DNA of 64,000 nucleotides. Source: Azolla caroliniana. Its lineage: Eukaryota > Plantae > Polypodiophyta. The notes beneath the pieces were generated by a model. That model was not told where the DNA came from, did no database searches, and saw only the letters and a list, made by a program, of their open reading frames with translations. The position numbers were made by a program, and so were the translations under genes. The stretch covers positions 186,001-250,000 of the forward strand of contig JBHGNT010000031.1 of the NCBI GenBank assembly GCA_043228905.1. Reading direction: 5' to 3'. Positions within the stretch are counted from its first letter, which is position 1. Each line of letters begins with the position of its first letter. Shown one piece after another: positions 1-13,100 of this stretch.

Positions 1-84
1 TCTTGTTCCAATGCGAGAAACTTCTCTTTCAAGCATTACAACTCCTAGAAAATGGATTGATATTCTTGAGCACTAATAGTGGCC
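1..84 (-). pseudogene. gag: 5' end of gag of a Tcn1/sushi-type Ty3/gypsy element (continues off the left edge)
   Basis: Minus strand reads MATISAQEYQS..., homologous to METVSAQEYQS of the gag starting at 24655. The leader resumes at 5495, after the nested copia. Confidence 0.75.
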
Positions 85-89
85 ATAGT

Positions 90-155
90 TGTAAAGAATC
101 AAGAGATGGATTCTTGTGAAGTGGAATAGGTGTGAACTATGTGTGTGTGTGTGTG

Positions 156-204
<49 letters not shown>

Positions 205-3200
205 GAGTATACACAAGGTTAAGTATATTAACAAAGGAGAAAGACACAACAACAGTACAAGGTGGGAGGAGGGTGCTTTATATAGTCACCCTCTCTCTTA
301 ATTAAGTACAAGACTCATGGAGCATGGGGAATGTGAAAGCTCATAAGTTATGTGTCATAGAATATGATTCTATGACTCATACTAAATGCTAGAATACAAA
401 GAGGCGACGTAATGGTGACTCTTGACCGTTGAAGTGTCTATTCACTCTCAAGGTGAGTTGACACACTAGACCAAGTTGAGCTTGATTCTCAACATGCCCC
501 CTCAAGCTCAAGTTGGGTCGGTTTCAGACGGTATCTGAAATCCGCTTCGACTCGCGTTTCGGAATCCACGTCGACTCGCGTTGACTCGCATTTATGCGGA
601 GTTGCGGAATCCGTGCTTCAACTTGCGTTGTGTGTAGTTGCGAAGTTTGTGCTTCGGCTTGCGGAATCCACGCGTTATTGCGTAATGTCTTTAGTACTCC
701 CCCTCAAGCTTGGTAGGTCAGGGATCGTCAATCTGAGATCGGTCATGAATTTCCACAACTTGTCGGCTCCTAAGGCTTTAGTGAAGATTTCGGCCGTTTG
801 AAGATTTGTGCTAATGTGTTGTAGGTCGACATCGCTAGCTAGAACGCGCTCTCGGATGAAGTGATAGTGCACTTTGATGTACTTTGTCTGTGCGTGGAAC
901 ACCGGGTTCCAAGCCAAATAAATACTGCTCATGTTGTTGCAGTAAAGGGAAGTCGGATCCTTGATGGGTACGCCTAGATCCTTCAAAATCCTCTTGAGCC
1001 ATACGGCTTCACACGCAGCTACGGCTACGCCTCCGTATTCCGCCTCTGTACTCGAAAGAGCGACGATAGGCTGCTTCTTGTTACTCCAGGATATTGCTCT
1101 GCTGCCGAGGGAGAAAACAAATCCAGAGGTTGATCTTCTATCGGCTTTGTAGCCGGCCCAATCAGCGTTTGTGTACCCCTCGAGTCGTATTGGCATCGCG
1201 GTCTTGTAGAGGATGCCGCAATCCATTGTGCCGCTCACGTATCGTAGAACTCACTTAGCGCAGTCCAAGTGAGTATCACGCGGTGTTTGCATGAATTGGC
1301 TAAGGAGACTGACCGGATAACTGAGATCGGGTCGTGTGATCGTGAGGTAGATGAGACTCCCGATGAGTTGCCGATACTGAGTCGGCTCACACGTTTTGGT
1401 GCTGGAGTTCGCATCGAGTTTGAGATTGCGATCGAGCGGGGTTACCGCGGATTTGCACTCAGCCATCCGGAACTTGTATAACAAGTTGAGGATGTAGTGC
1501 CATTGAGAGATCATGATTCCGACCGGAGTCCGAATTACCTCGATGCTGAGGAAGTAGTGGAGCTCCTTCATGTCCGTCATCTCGAACTTGTTGGAAAGGA
1601 GGGATTTGACCTTATTGATTTTGACGAGATGCTCACCTCCAATGACTACGTCATCCACATATAAGATGATGACGATCGAACTTGTGGAATCGCTTCGTAT
1701 GTAGAGGGAGTTGTCTGATTTTGACATACGGAAGCCGATTTGATGAAGATATTGCGTTATCTTTGAATGCCAAGCACGCGGTGCTTGCTTAAGGCTGTAG
1801 AGGGGCTTCTTGAGTCAGCATACAACTTTCGGAAGGGTGCTTGAGTTGAAGTCGGGTGGTTGTATCATGTACACCTCCTCTTCTAATTCACCTTATAGAA
1901 AGGCGTTCTTGACGTCCATTTGACGGAGGTGCCACCCTTTCGCCGTGGCAAGCGCAATTACGGTCCACATCGTCGTCATCTTTGCCACCGGGGCAAAGGT
2001 CTCTTCGTAGTCGATGCCATGCGTCTGAGTGTATCCTTTCGCTACGAGTCGAGCTTTGTAGTGGTTTATGGAGCCATCAACGTTATACTTCACCTTGTAG
2101 ATCCATCTGCATCCAATCGCCTTTTTGTGTGGTGAGGTGGGAACGAGATCCCATGTCTCTTTCTTCCATAGTGCCTGCATCTCCTCATTCATTGCTTCGA
2201 TCCATCGCGGGTCCTTCGCAGCTTCCGAAAAGGTTTCTGGCTCTCGTACTGTCGCTACCTTCATCATAAAGGTGTAATGGTACGCCATATAATCATTGTA
2301 GCCGAATCGGATTACGGGGTTCTTTTCACGGGTGGATCGTCGGAGTTTTTCATTTGCAGAGATGAGGGCTTTCTTAGCTCCGATTGGTACCTTGAAACCG
2401 CCGAACTCACTGTCGAGTGAGTGAGTTGACTCATCGTCATTGAAGCGATCATCTTCGTATTCTGACATTTTTGCTTTGCCTTTGTCCATCTTCGGGCTAG
2501 ACCGTGATGTGCTTTGATCGCTCAAAGGCTCTTGTGGTCCACTCAATCGGGTCGTGATCGGACTTTCTTCGAATATGCACGTAAGGAAATCTTTATCCTC
2601 GATCTCTTGTTCGGCAAATTTTGGGTCGAGCGGAGTCGGAGTCGGAGTCGTCTCTGGTGCGTACCAGGATGCAGACTTGTCAAAAACGACATCTCGACTT
2701 ACTCGAGATTTTCGAGTTGAAGGGTTGTAGCACTTGTACCCCTTTTGCTCCAATGAGTATCCTACTAGGATACATTTCTCTGACTTCGGGTCAAGCTTTT
2801 GACGCTTCTTGTCGGGGATGTGCATGTACGCTATCACTCTAAATATGCAGATGTGCGATAAGTCCGACTTCTTTCCGAAGTATTTTTCGTGCGGAGTGAC
2901 CTCATGCACGCTGGATGTTGTGCACCGGTTCATTAGGTAGATGACCGTATTTGCAGCTTCGGCCCAATATGACTTGGGCATATGCTTCTTGTTCATCATG
3001 GCCCGCGCTACTTCGAGGATGTGCTGATTTTTGCGCTCGGCTACCTCGCTTTGTTGCGGAGTGTGTCGGCAAGTGAATTATCGCCGAATTCCTTCCTTTC
3101 GGAGATACCTCATGAAGTCGTCCGAGAAGTACTCCTTGCCGCCATCCGATCGAAGACAACGTACATGTCGGCCCGTGGCTTTCTCAACTTCATTCTTGAA

Positions 3201-5489
3201 AGTTTGGAAGTGTTTGAACACTTCGCTCTTTTGCCGCATCGGGTAGATCCAAGTGTGCCTAGAGAAGTCGTCAATGAAGACCACGTAATATCGGCATCCG
3301 CCGAATGTAGCCGTTTGCGCTGGTCCCCATACGTCAGAATGGACTACGTCGAGTAGACCTTTGCTCACGTTCCGCTCTTTCGGGAATGGGTGTCGGTGTT
3401 GCTTGCCGAATTGGCACGCTTCGCATACACCTTCAATCTCCTTCTCTTTGAATGTTGGGAGGCCGATCACAACTCCTTTCGATTTCATTGCTTTGAGCTT
3501 TTGGAGATTTATATGGCCAATCCGCTTGTGCCATAACTCTATGTCGGAGTCGGCTTTCATGCCCTTTGCGAACATGGCGAATTTCATCTCGTGTGAGTCG
3601 AGAATGAACATTCGGCCCTCTCTTCGTCCGCGTGCGATGAGTCAACCCTCTTTTTCAATGAAGCAACTGCCTTGATTAAATCGAACTTGCATCCCTTGCT
3701 CTACAATTTGACCGACAGAGACCAAATTCTTCATAATGGTCGGTACATGCAAGATATTTTTAATGTAATTTTGCTTACCTTCTTTTCCGAATGGAACATT
3801 GCCAATGTGCCGAATCAGGTGCGTAGTGTCGTCTCCGGTTTCGACATAGCCGGGTTGGTCTGGCTCTCGAAGTTCTCGGAACCATTCTTGATGTGATGTT
3901 ATATGGTTCGAGGCATCGGAATCAACGAACCATACGTCTTTCGGACCGGAGGCACTAGTTGAGGTAGAGGCCGACATAGAGTTTGCTCTATCTTTCATCA
4001 TGAACATTCCGCCACGGTCGGAGTTGCGTGCATACATTCTGCCACGATCTTCGTAGTCGGAATTGTGTGCGTAATTCGTGAGTTGTCGGCTTGTGGAAGC
4101 CGATTCACGCATCTTCTTTCGGCACTCTTCTTCGTGGTGGCTGAGCTTTCCGCAATATCCGCATTCGGTTGCGTTTTGACGGCTCGAGCCGGAGTAGAAG
4201 CTCCTCCTTCTTGCGAAGGTTCCTCGTTGGCCTCCGTTTTGCGGCCGAAATTGGGAGTTGTTGTCATAGGTCGGACCTCGTCCGCCTTGTCCTTGGCTGA
4301 ATCGGCCTCTCGCTCGTCCGCGTCCTCTTCCTCCGTTAGAGTGCGTGTAGAGCATGTGGCCTTTCGACTAATTGCTCCTTGAACGCACGTGGTTTTCTTC
4401 GACCAATAGCATTGATTGGAGCTCGAAGAAGGAGGGAGATTTCTCGTGCTAGAACGGCGGTTCGCATCACACCGAACCGTGGTGCGAGGCCGCCGAGGCA
4501 TATTTGCACCATCTCATCATCATCTATACTTACGCTTATTGAGCTGAGCGAGTCGCAAAGCTCCTTGATCTTCAAGGTGTATGTCGTGATGGACATGTCC
4601 CTTTGTTGAATGTTGTTCAATTCTTGGCGGAGTTGAAGCTTCCTCGCGGTCGTGTTGGCGGCGAAAATCTTTCGTAGATTTTCCCACGCTTCCTTCGGCG
4701 TATTGGCTTCTTGAATGTAACCGAGCATGTGGTCGTGAACACATGTCGCCAAACAATACATCACGCGGCTTGCGGCTTGCTCCCATGTCGCGTATCTGGG
4801 AGCCGTGTCGACGGGTCGGTCTTCATGCGCTCCTTTGATGTAGCTCCAATAGCCTTGTCCGACAAGGTATTGGTGCATCTTGTACTCCCAAGATGCGAAG
4901 TTGTTTCTATCCAACTTCTCGGTAGGGAGAGTGCTCCCCATTTGAGTATTCATTATGTCGATTCTTCTTCTTCTTCTTCTCTCTTCGAATGCGAGCTATG
5001 TAGCGAAGCTACGCTAGTGATGAGCCGGTTCTTGGTCGTCAACGTGGAGCACAACACACGATCACGATGAGGCGAATGAGTTAGATCAAACTACCAAATC
5101 GCTCTGATACCATGTAAAGAATCAAGAGATGGATTCTTGTGAAGCGGAATAGGTGTGAACTGTGTGTGTGTATGAGATAGAGAGAGAGACACACACACAG
5201 AGTATACGCAAGGTTAAGTATATTACCAAAGGAGAAAGACACAACAACAATACAAGGTGGGAGGAGGGTGCTTTATATAGTCACCCTCTCTCTTCATTAA
5301 CTACAAGACTCATGGAGCATGGGGAATGTGAAAGATCATAAGTTATGTGTCATAGAATATGATTCTATGACTCATACTAAATGCTAGAATACAAAGTGGT
5401 GACATAATGGTGACTCTTGACCGTTGGAGTGTCTATTCACTCTCAAGGTGAGTTCACACACTAGACCAAGTTGAGCTTGATTCTCAACA
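90..5489 (-). mobile_element. Full-length, decayed Ty1/copia LTR retrotransposon (family A) inserted in the gypsy leader
   Basis: TG..CA LTRs at 90-494 and 5113-5489. TSD ATAGT at 85-89 and 5490-5494. tRNA-Met PBS (rc TGGTATCAGAGC) at 5101-5112. PPT at 495-512. Confidence 0.95.
675..4953 (-). pseudogene. gag-pol: Copia gag-pol (gag, CCHC knuckle, protease, GAG-pre-integrase, integrase, RT, RNase H), broken by stops and frameshifts
   Basis: Motifs [67 protein letters not shown] and SSTEAEY are spread across the ORFs 4336-4953, 3642-4355, 3078-3611, 1893-2999, 1251-1727 and 675-1238. Confidence 0.95.
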
Positions 5490-5571
5490 ATAGTATTAGA
5501 GAAAGGAGGGATAAGAGGATTAGTATGAAGGGAGGGAGGAGTAAGAAGAAGTAAGGTAAATCGGTTCAAAT

Positions 5572-6013
5572 GGTTAGGAATAGTACTGAAATAGAGAGGG
5601 AATTAGTACTAAGAGATAAAGATTAGTACTAAGAGGAAAAGAGGGTGTAGAATAGTCGAGAAAAAAGGAGAGAGGGAGAGATCGAGGGAGAGAGAATGAT
5701 GATAACAAAAGGATATATTATGTGAAAAGAATATACAAGGATATCTAGGAGGCTTAAGAATGGTGTTCAATCGATTGGTTCTCGATAATGCCATGTGCCT
5801 CTTTTTATAGTGGCTTTAGGAATACTCTTGACATTTCTAGAATGTTCCAAAGAAATCTAGAATATACATGGATTTTCTAAGTCAAATAATAAATGGAAAA
5901 AGAATAATGTTTTTTGTATTACAATGTATAACTTAATGGTAAGGCTTTTGCCCATGTACCACAAGGTCATGGGTTCAAATCCTTTTGAAGCCATACCATG
6001 CTAAATCATGACA
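5572..6013 (-). mobile_element. 5' LTR of the Tcn1-type gypsy element whose gag starts at base 84
   Basis: Homologous to the LTRs at 19809-20245 and 24751-25192. Ends ...ATCATGACA and is preceded by the same AAATCGGTTCAAA PBS-position motif. Confidence 0.8.
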
Positions 6014-9000
6014 TTGGCAAGGAAAGGCCGCAACAGACTATTGGTACTGTGGCCGGAAGGGCCACAGAGAGAACGAGTGCTGGAAAAAGCGAGCCGATTC
6101 GGACAGAGACGGATCGGGTTGAGAAGACACAGATAGGCGTCAAAGATTGCACTACGTCGAGGGCTCAAGAAGAGCCGAAAATGGATCGGGCCCAGTGTTC
6201 GTGATGAAGCACAAGGCCAACTCTATGGCGGCGAACACCTCAAGGTCGAATGAGGTGTGGTATGTGGATTTGAAGCCATGCCATGCTAAATCATGACATC
6301 GGCAAGGAAAGGCTGCAACAGACTATTGGTAATGTGGCCGGAAGGGCCACAGAGAGAATGAGTGCTGGAAAAAGCGACCTGATTTGGACAAAGACGGTGT
6401 CGTGGAGAAAACCGTCCCTAGGCGGAAACCGGGTATAACGTGCGTAAACTGGCCCTTACATGTGGGCACAAGTTGTTGTATAGTACGTAGATAGGTACAA
6501 GTCGGCTGAGGTGAAATCCTAGGTAGCACACATTCATTGGGGAGAAAATCGAGGCGTATCCATGTCCGAAAGGACAGGGAATAAACATGATGTAACGGGT
6601 GGTAACGACCTCCCTCCTTGGGCTATAAAAGAGAGGGAGAGGTATTGTAAAAAGTAGGATCGCGTTTTGTGGAGGACGAAGTGCTGCCGGACTGGAACCG
6701 AGCTCTTCTCCTCTGTTGTCTCCATAGTCGTTCTGTGCAGGTTTTCGGGAGGCTGACTCTGCTCCGTGGAACGCCCGAGTGCTTCCGGTAGAGTCTCTAT
6801 CTCATGTTCTGTGCGTGCGTGCGTGCGTGCGTGCAGGCGTCGGAGCCTATCACTCGCCGGCTTCCCGGTTGTAACTCCTTGATTTATGTATACATATACA
6901 TTCGTTCTGTCTCCATTGTTCAGAGTTAGTTGCAACCCCTGTGAATCTGTGTGTCTGTGTGCGCGTGAAGTATATTGGTAGTTTGCTTCCCCTCTTCTCA
7001 TTTGGTTATTTCTCGGTCCAAGGCCCTCGTGATCCCAGCTCGTTCTCCACGCACGCGCGTAACAAAGAGACAATGGATCGGGTTGAGGAGACACAGATAG
7101 GCGTCAAAGATCGCACTACGTCGAGGGCTTAAGAGGAGCCGAAAATGGATTGGGCCCAACGTTCGTGATGAAGCACAAGGCCAACTCGATGGCGGCGAAC
7201 ACCTCAAGGTCGAATGAGGTGTGGTATGTGGATTCGGGTGCATCGAACCACATGACAAATCACAAGGAGTGATTCTCGACTCTAGAGAAGCCAGAGCAGC
7301 CGAGGGTTGTTGAAACTGGTGATGACACCCCTCACCCCATCGAACACATCGGAGATCTCCCTCTGAGCCATGCCGGTCCGAGAGGAATAATGAGAAATGT
7401 CTTGCATGTGCCGACAATCACCAAGAATTTGGTGTTGGTCGAACAGATAGTCGACTAGGGCATGCAAGTTCGATTTACTCACCTCAAGTGCTTGATAGAG
7501 GAAGAATGCGAGATCATCGCGCAAGGGCACCGGGAAGGGAGGATGTTTATCCTCGAAACGAATGATGTAGGCCCCACAATGTTCACCAAGGGGCAAAAAG
7601 TAGAATCGGATATCGACTTGTGGCACAAGCGCTTCAACCACGTCAACTTCCCGCGGCTTTAGGAAATGCAGATGAAGAATATCGTTGTCGGGTTGCCGAA
7701 ATTTAGTGGCCAAAAGGGTCAAGTCTGCGAAGCTTGCTAGTAGGGAAGGGTCACTGATTTCCGTTCCCAAATGAAAGAAATCGGAGCCGAAACAAGCTCG
7801 ATTTAATCCATTCGGATGTATGGGGACTGACGCCGAATGTGAATATCGGTGGAAGTCGTTACTTTGTAACCTTCATTGATGACTACACTGGTACACTTGG
7901 GTGTGCTTGATCAAGAAGAAAAGCAAAGTCTTCTCCTACTTCTTGAAGGTGAAAAGCCTTGTTGAAAGATCAAGTGCCTAAGGTTCAATGGTGGAAATGA
8001 ATACTTTTCTGACCAGTTCTATAGCTATCTACAAAAGGAAGGAATTCAATGCAAATTCTCTTGCAGATACACACCGGAGCAGAACGGTGTGGCCGAAAGG
8101 AAGAATTGAATGATCGAAGAAGCGGCAAGGACAATGCTTAAGCAGAAGCATATGCCGATGTTTTATTGGGCAGAAGCGGTCAGAACTGCCGTTTACCTGC
8201 AGAATCAGATATCTGCAAATGGAGGAGTGTCGTCACGTGAGCTGTACTTCGGAAAGAAGCCGAATTTGGCACACTTGAGGGTATTCTTTTACTTGAAGAA
8301 TCGGACATGTGCATGTGCTGAATGGAAAGCGGAGGAAGCTAGATGCGAAAGTTGAGAAGTGTATCTTGGTCAACTACTCGGATGAGCAAAAGGGTTATAA
8401 ATGTTATAACCCATGAATGAAAGAGGTCGGAGTAAGCTGAGATGTCGTTTTTGACGAGTTGGCTTTGTGGTACTTGCCTTCACTTCCAACCCCCATGCAT
8501 TCCATTCCTGATTCTGAGGATGAGGCTAGTGAGGCCGAGATGCCCCTGGAGGACGAGGAAATCGGGACTCTAGAAGAGAGTCCGATCTCATTTCGGCTAA
8601 GTGGGCCGAATGAGCGACTGAGTCGAATGGACCAGTTAGAACCTATAGAATCGGACATCTGCAAATGGAGGAGTGTCGTCAAGTGAGTTGTACTTCGGAA
8701 AGAAGCCGAATTTGGCACACTTGAGGGTATTTGTTTACCTGCAGAATCGGACATGTGCATGTGTTGAATGAAAAGTGGAGGAAGCTAGATGCGAAAGCTG
8801 AGAAGTGTATCTTGGTCAGCTACTTGGATGAGCAAAAGGGTTATAAATGTTATAACCCCTGAACGAAAGAGGTCCAAGTAAGCCAAGATGTCGTTTTCGA
8901 TGAGTTGGCTTTGTGGTACTTGCCTTCACTTCCAACCCCCATCTACTCCATTCTTGATTCTGAGGATGAGGCTAGTGAGGCTGAGATGCCCTTGGAGGAC

Positions 9001-9445
9001 GAGGAAATCGGGACTCTAGAAGAGAGTCCGATCTCATTTCAGCTAAGTGAACTGAATGAGCGATTGAGTCGAACGGACTAGTCAGATGTTGAGTCGGTGA
9101 GTAGTGGAGACTCGGCCGTGCAGTCCACACGCCAAAACTGAGGAGATGGTTTACGCACAAGGAGAAGGGGAAGATGAAGATGCCAGAATATGGCAGTGAG
9201 GCCGATACATAAGATCGAAGCAAATTCGATGTGGCCAGGAGCATTGAGGGACCTCCGAAAACAAGGTCTACATTGGCCGAGAGGGCCATGAAATTGGCGA
9301 ACCAAAAGTTGTGCCGATCCACCTGCTAGAAGAATCCCGTGATTCGGTAAGGGTATGATGAGTATATGGCGCATCATTATGCATATATGGCAAAGGTGGC
9401 ATAAGTGCGTGAGCTAGAGAGCTACGCAAAAGCGGCAAAGGATGC
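6014..9445 (+). pseudogene. Decayed copia family A-like gag-pol fragment (knuckle to start of RT) with internal duplications
   Basis: Motifs WYCGRKGH..EC, WYVDSGASNHMT, DLWHKRFNH, FYWAEAVRTAVYL and QKGYKCYNP are present. A solo LTR interrupts it at 6398-7053, and the 8211-8640 segment is repeated from about 8657. Confidence 0.85.
6398..7053 (+). mobile_element. Solo LTR (gypsy, probably Phygy-like)
   Basis: Inverted termini TGTCGTGGAGAA / TTCTCCACG(-)CA and a TATA-like CTATAAAA. The TATA region resembles that of the LTRs at 25374 and about 51500. It interrupts copia gag sequence. Confidence 0.7.
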
Positions 9446-10730
9446 TGTCACGAGTAGAAGATATACACAAAAGAGTAGAAGATAATCAAAGGGATGAGTT
9501 GATTAATTGAAAGACTCGATAACTGGTGTTGTTCACCTTGATTGTAATCTAGGTGAACACACATATTTATACAAGTTCTGAGATTGAAAAACATAGTGGC
9601 GAAGCATAGTGGGGCTCGAGGAGGGAGACATGATAAACATCATGAATCTGGAAATGGGATGGAAAGGCCAGCCAAAAGGTGACAAGATTGATGCGTTCAA
9701 CTATACGGAATTGTCCCAACTTCTTGTAATCAAGTTTCTCACATGGACGGGTTGTAGAGATGTGTCGTTGTAATAACCAGAACATGTCACCAACGACAAA
9801 GGGCGGAGTGCTAGAGCGATGGCGATCAACATGCTTCTTGTATCGTTCACTAGTGAGACGAAGCTCCAAGGATAAGTCATGATGTAGCTCTTCTAAAACG
9901 CGGGCTCGACCCTCTACCGAAGGGTTCACAGAAGTGGTAGGGAGGGAAATGTTGAAGCGAGGATGTAAACCATAGTTTGCAAAGAACGGAGTGATGCTAG
10001 TCGATGCATGGACAGAATTATTGTAGGCGAATTCTGCGAGAAAGTAAGGTGACCCAATCATCTTGTTGGTAACTAACCGAGCACCGAAGATACTGCTCAT
10101 GGATTTGGTTGACGCGCTCTATCTGACTGTCAGTCTGACGGTGATAAGCGGAGGACAACTCGACAGAGATGCCTAAAGTTTGCAGCAGGTGCTGCCAGAA
10201 GTGAGAGACAAACTGGGGTCCGCGATCAGAGATGACATTGTCGGGGAGGCCATGCAATTTGACCACATGATTGAGGAGTAGATGTGTCATTCCTTCTCCG
10301 GAAATGGTTTTTGAGCATGGAGTGAAGTGAGCCATCTTTGTAAACTGATCAACAACGGCCAACACCGATTCATAACTATTGACCAAGGGTAGATTGGTTA
10401 TGAGGTCCATAGAGATAGAGGCCCAGGGACGACTAAGGAATGGAACTGGTTGGAGTAAGCCATATGGCCGATGATGAGCAACTTTGGAGCGAGCGCAAAC
10501 CTCACAAGTCTTGATGTATTCTTTGACCAACTTCCATGGTTGTGGCCACCAGTACCCTCGAGAGATTAGTTCAAGGGTTTTTGCAACTTCGAAGTGCCCT
10601 GCAAGGGGGTCATTGTGGCATTCCCGCAACACTCGGGTGCGACACGGGTCCTCTGGGACGTATAAGAGATGATCACGGAATAACAAACCATCTTGTATGG
10701 TGAAGTGGTCAAGGAAGTGTCTATTGATTG
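9446..10730 (-). pseudogene. Ty3/gypsy (Tcn1-type) LTR remnant plus integrase fragment
   Basis: TGTCACG at 9446. ORFs 10018-10773 and 9567-10100 carry H..PLAGH, YWWP, C..C, SMDLI, SDRGPQF and FAYNNS motifs. Confidence 0.85.
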
Positions 10731-11175
10731 TATCCAGCCTTATCTCATTACCAATATGAGTAGTAATGCTCATAGAGCCCTTACATTACTTCGCACTCGA
10801 TCTCACAAGTTAGGTATTGAAGTTGCATCATGGTATCAAAATGTAACGAATTTGAAGACATGTAAAGTATGCAATGAAGGAATGGTAGAGGATGCATGTC
10901 ACTTGCTCTTCACATGCTCGACATATAGTGCAGTTCGTTCAAGATATGCTAACATGCTAAGAGGGAGTGATAACTTAAGTGCCATACTTAAGACACCACC
11001 TAGAAGGTTGAGCTCATATGTGTATGCTTTACTAACACATAGAGACTTTGTGCATCAACGTATGAATACCCCTTCTTTAGGAAAGAGACATATATCAAGA
11101 ACACATGTATACACTGGTCCCATAGCTCAAAATTGGCCTCTTTATGGATGATAAAAATTCTTATTCTCTAATTCT
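10731..11175 (+). mobile_element. 3' fragment of a non-LTR retrotransposon (RTEX/L2-like C-terminal cysteine motif)
   Basis: Reads RTRSHKLGIEV..W....C..C....VED..HLLF.C, followed by a short TTATTC-type simple tail. Confidence 0.7.
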
Positions 11176-11179
11176 CACT

Positions 11180-12240
11180 CTCCAGCACTAATCTCCCGCT
11201 TAGAGGCGGGTAAGCGAGCATACTATGCATCTGAGAACACATGCAATCTGGGAGATATTAAGTGTTGGGTCCTCAAGAAATATCTTTTCGACACCTTGGT
11301 GACACCAGTTCTTCTCTATGGGGTGGAAGTATGGGGTGATAGCATCCCTAAATCTATGTGGAAAGAGTTTGAAAATGTCCAAAAACATTTTCTTACAAAG
11401 TTTCTACAAGTTAAGAAACAAACACCCTACACCCTCCTCCTTGAGACGGGATCGCTTCTCATTGAGATCATGGCCATGGAAAGGGTTGTTGAATACATGC
11501 TTAAGGTTCAAAAAAGTCCCTCACATTGACTTCCTAGAATTGCGTGGGAAGCAAACAAAAAGATCCAAAAGACGCACAAAAGTAAAATTTTGTGTTCCGG
11601 TTGGATGCAAGATATAGAAAAATGGTTTGGTAGATGGGATGCAAGACACTTGCTTCATGATGAATCATTAGATTCCTCTGTAAATGAGGCCTTTTTGCAA
11701 TGCCAATGTATCATGACATGGGACAAATGTGGAGGTTCACGCTTGACACATTATATTACACATGTTGCACCTAACCACAAAACTATATTCTTTGCGGAAT
11801 GAGGAAATCGTTCACATCAATACATGTTAGAGCCTATACCGTCATCTACCATTTGAACCATTGCTTCTATGCGACTTAGCTCGCATGCATTGCGATGTGA
11901 GACATGGCATTGGGGCACAAGTGATGAGAGTGGTCGGCTATGCACACTTTGCCCTAAACAAGTTCGCGAGTCTGAGTATCACACTTTGATACAATGCTCT
12001 GTCTTTGATCATATTCGACCATGTTTTCCACATCTCTTCGACCGAGCCCAATCCTTGCATGAATTCCTCTCACAACCACAATGTGCACTCTCGATTGCAA
12101 CATTCATTGGTAAAGTTCTTGAACATCGAGAGTCACTACTCACTTTCACACGTATCATGTGAAATGTAATATTTTTGGTCTCATAGGTCATATTTGACCT
12201 CCAAAGATGATAATATAATCTATCTATCTATCTCTCTCTC
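11180..12240 (+). mobile_element. Second LINE 3' fragment (post-RT region and cysteine knuckle), decayed
   Basis: Motifs LFDTLVTPVLLYGVEVWG and RLSSHALRCETWHW...C.LC....ESEYH.LIQC. Ends in an (ATCT)n/(CT)n tail. Confidence 0.8.
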
Positions 12241-12699
12241 GTTGCATATCTCTGTGTTGTATATGTGTCTCTCCCCTAACTCATCGCTTCGTTTTTGGGA
12301 TGGAAACCCTAGACCCTCGGAAGAAGTAATGAAGAAGAAATGTAGTAGCAACTTGGAAGAAGGAGAAGAAGGGGAAGGAAGAATGTTGCAATAGCCTCGA
12401 AGAAGTACAAATCTATCTAGTGGCAGAAAGACGAATCATATGCATGAGTGAAATTTGCATACTAGAGTCGGATCGATCCGCTTAGATTGGATTGCATCTC
12501 CGATGATCTCCATGCTTTGAGTCCTCTCCGTTTCCTCCTACATAGGAAGATTCGTGGACGGAAACCCCAGATCACCCAAATGATGGATGCGAGGCATTAT
12601 TTACAGTCAAAGAAGACTCATTGGGTGAGGATATAAATGACAATCCCCATTCCATATAATTCATGCTCCATCGTGTCAGATCCATGTTTCTTCAACAAG

Positions 12700-13100
12700 A
12701 GAGGATATTCCTTCTCTCATCGTGAAAGGTCAATCTGTTCCACTTGAAAGGTCTCCAAGGTCAGTGGATAATACTGTGTATCATATTACTAATGATATTT
12801 TGCAAGATAGATTATCACAAGCGAGTGCATGTATGCAGCATCTTCCATCTATGTTGTACACTTCCCTTCCCAAGTAATTCTCATGAGTGTGGCACAGTGG
12901 ATTCCATTTTAATTCCACCCTTGCATTTGCAAGAAAATATGTGTGGTGATGGATCATCATTCTCTTGCAATGATCATTGCCTTGATGGTTGTGACCTTAT
13001 AGGCTCTTGCTCCATCCCTCAATACCTCATTATGGCCAAACCTTTTGTTAGTTGAATCTCTTCAGGGATTGAAAAGAATTTTCGATAAAGATGTTGCCTT
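12700..13100 (-). pseudogene. Possible MULE/FAR1-type SWIM zinc-finger remnant
   Basis: The minus strand gives SCKCK..W...GIHC followed by HRWK, across a frameshift. Highly degenerate. Confidence 0.3.
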
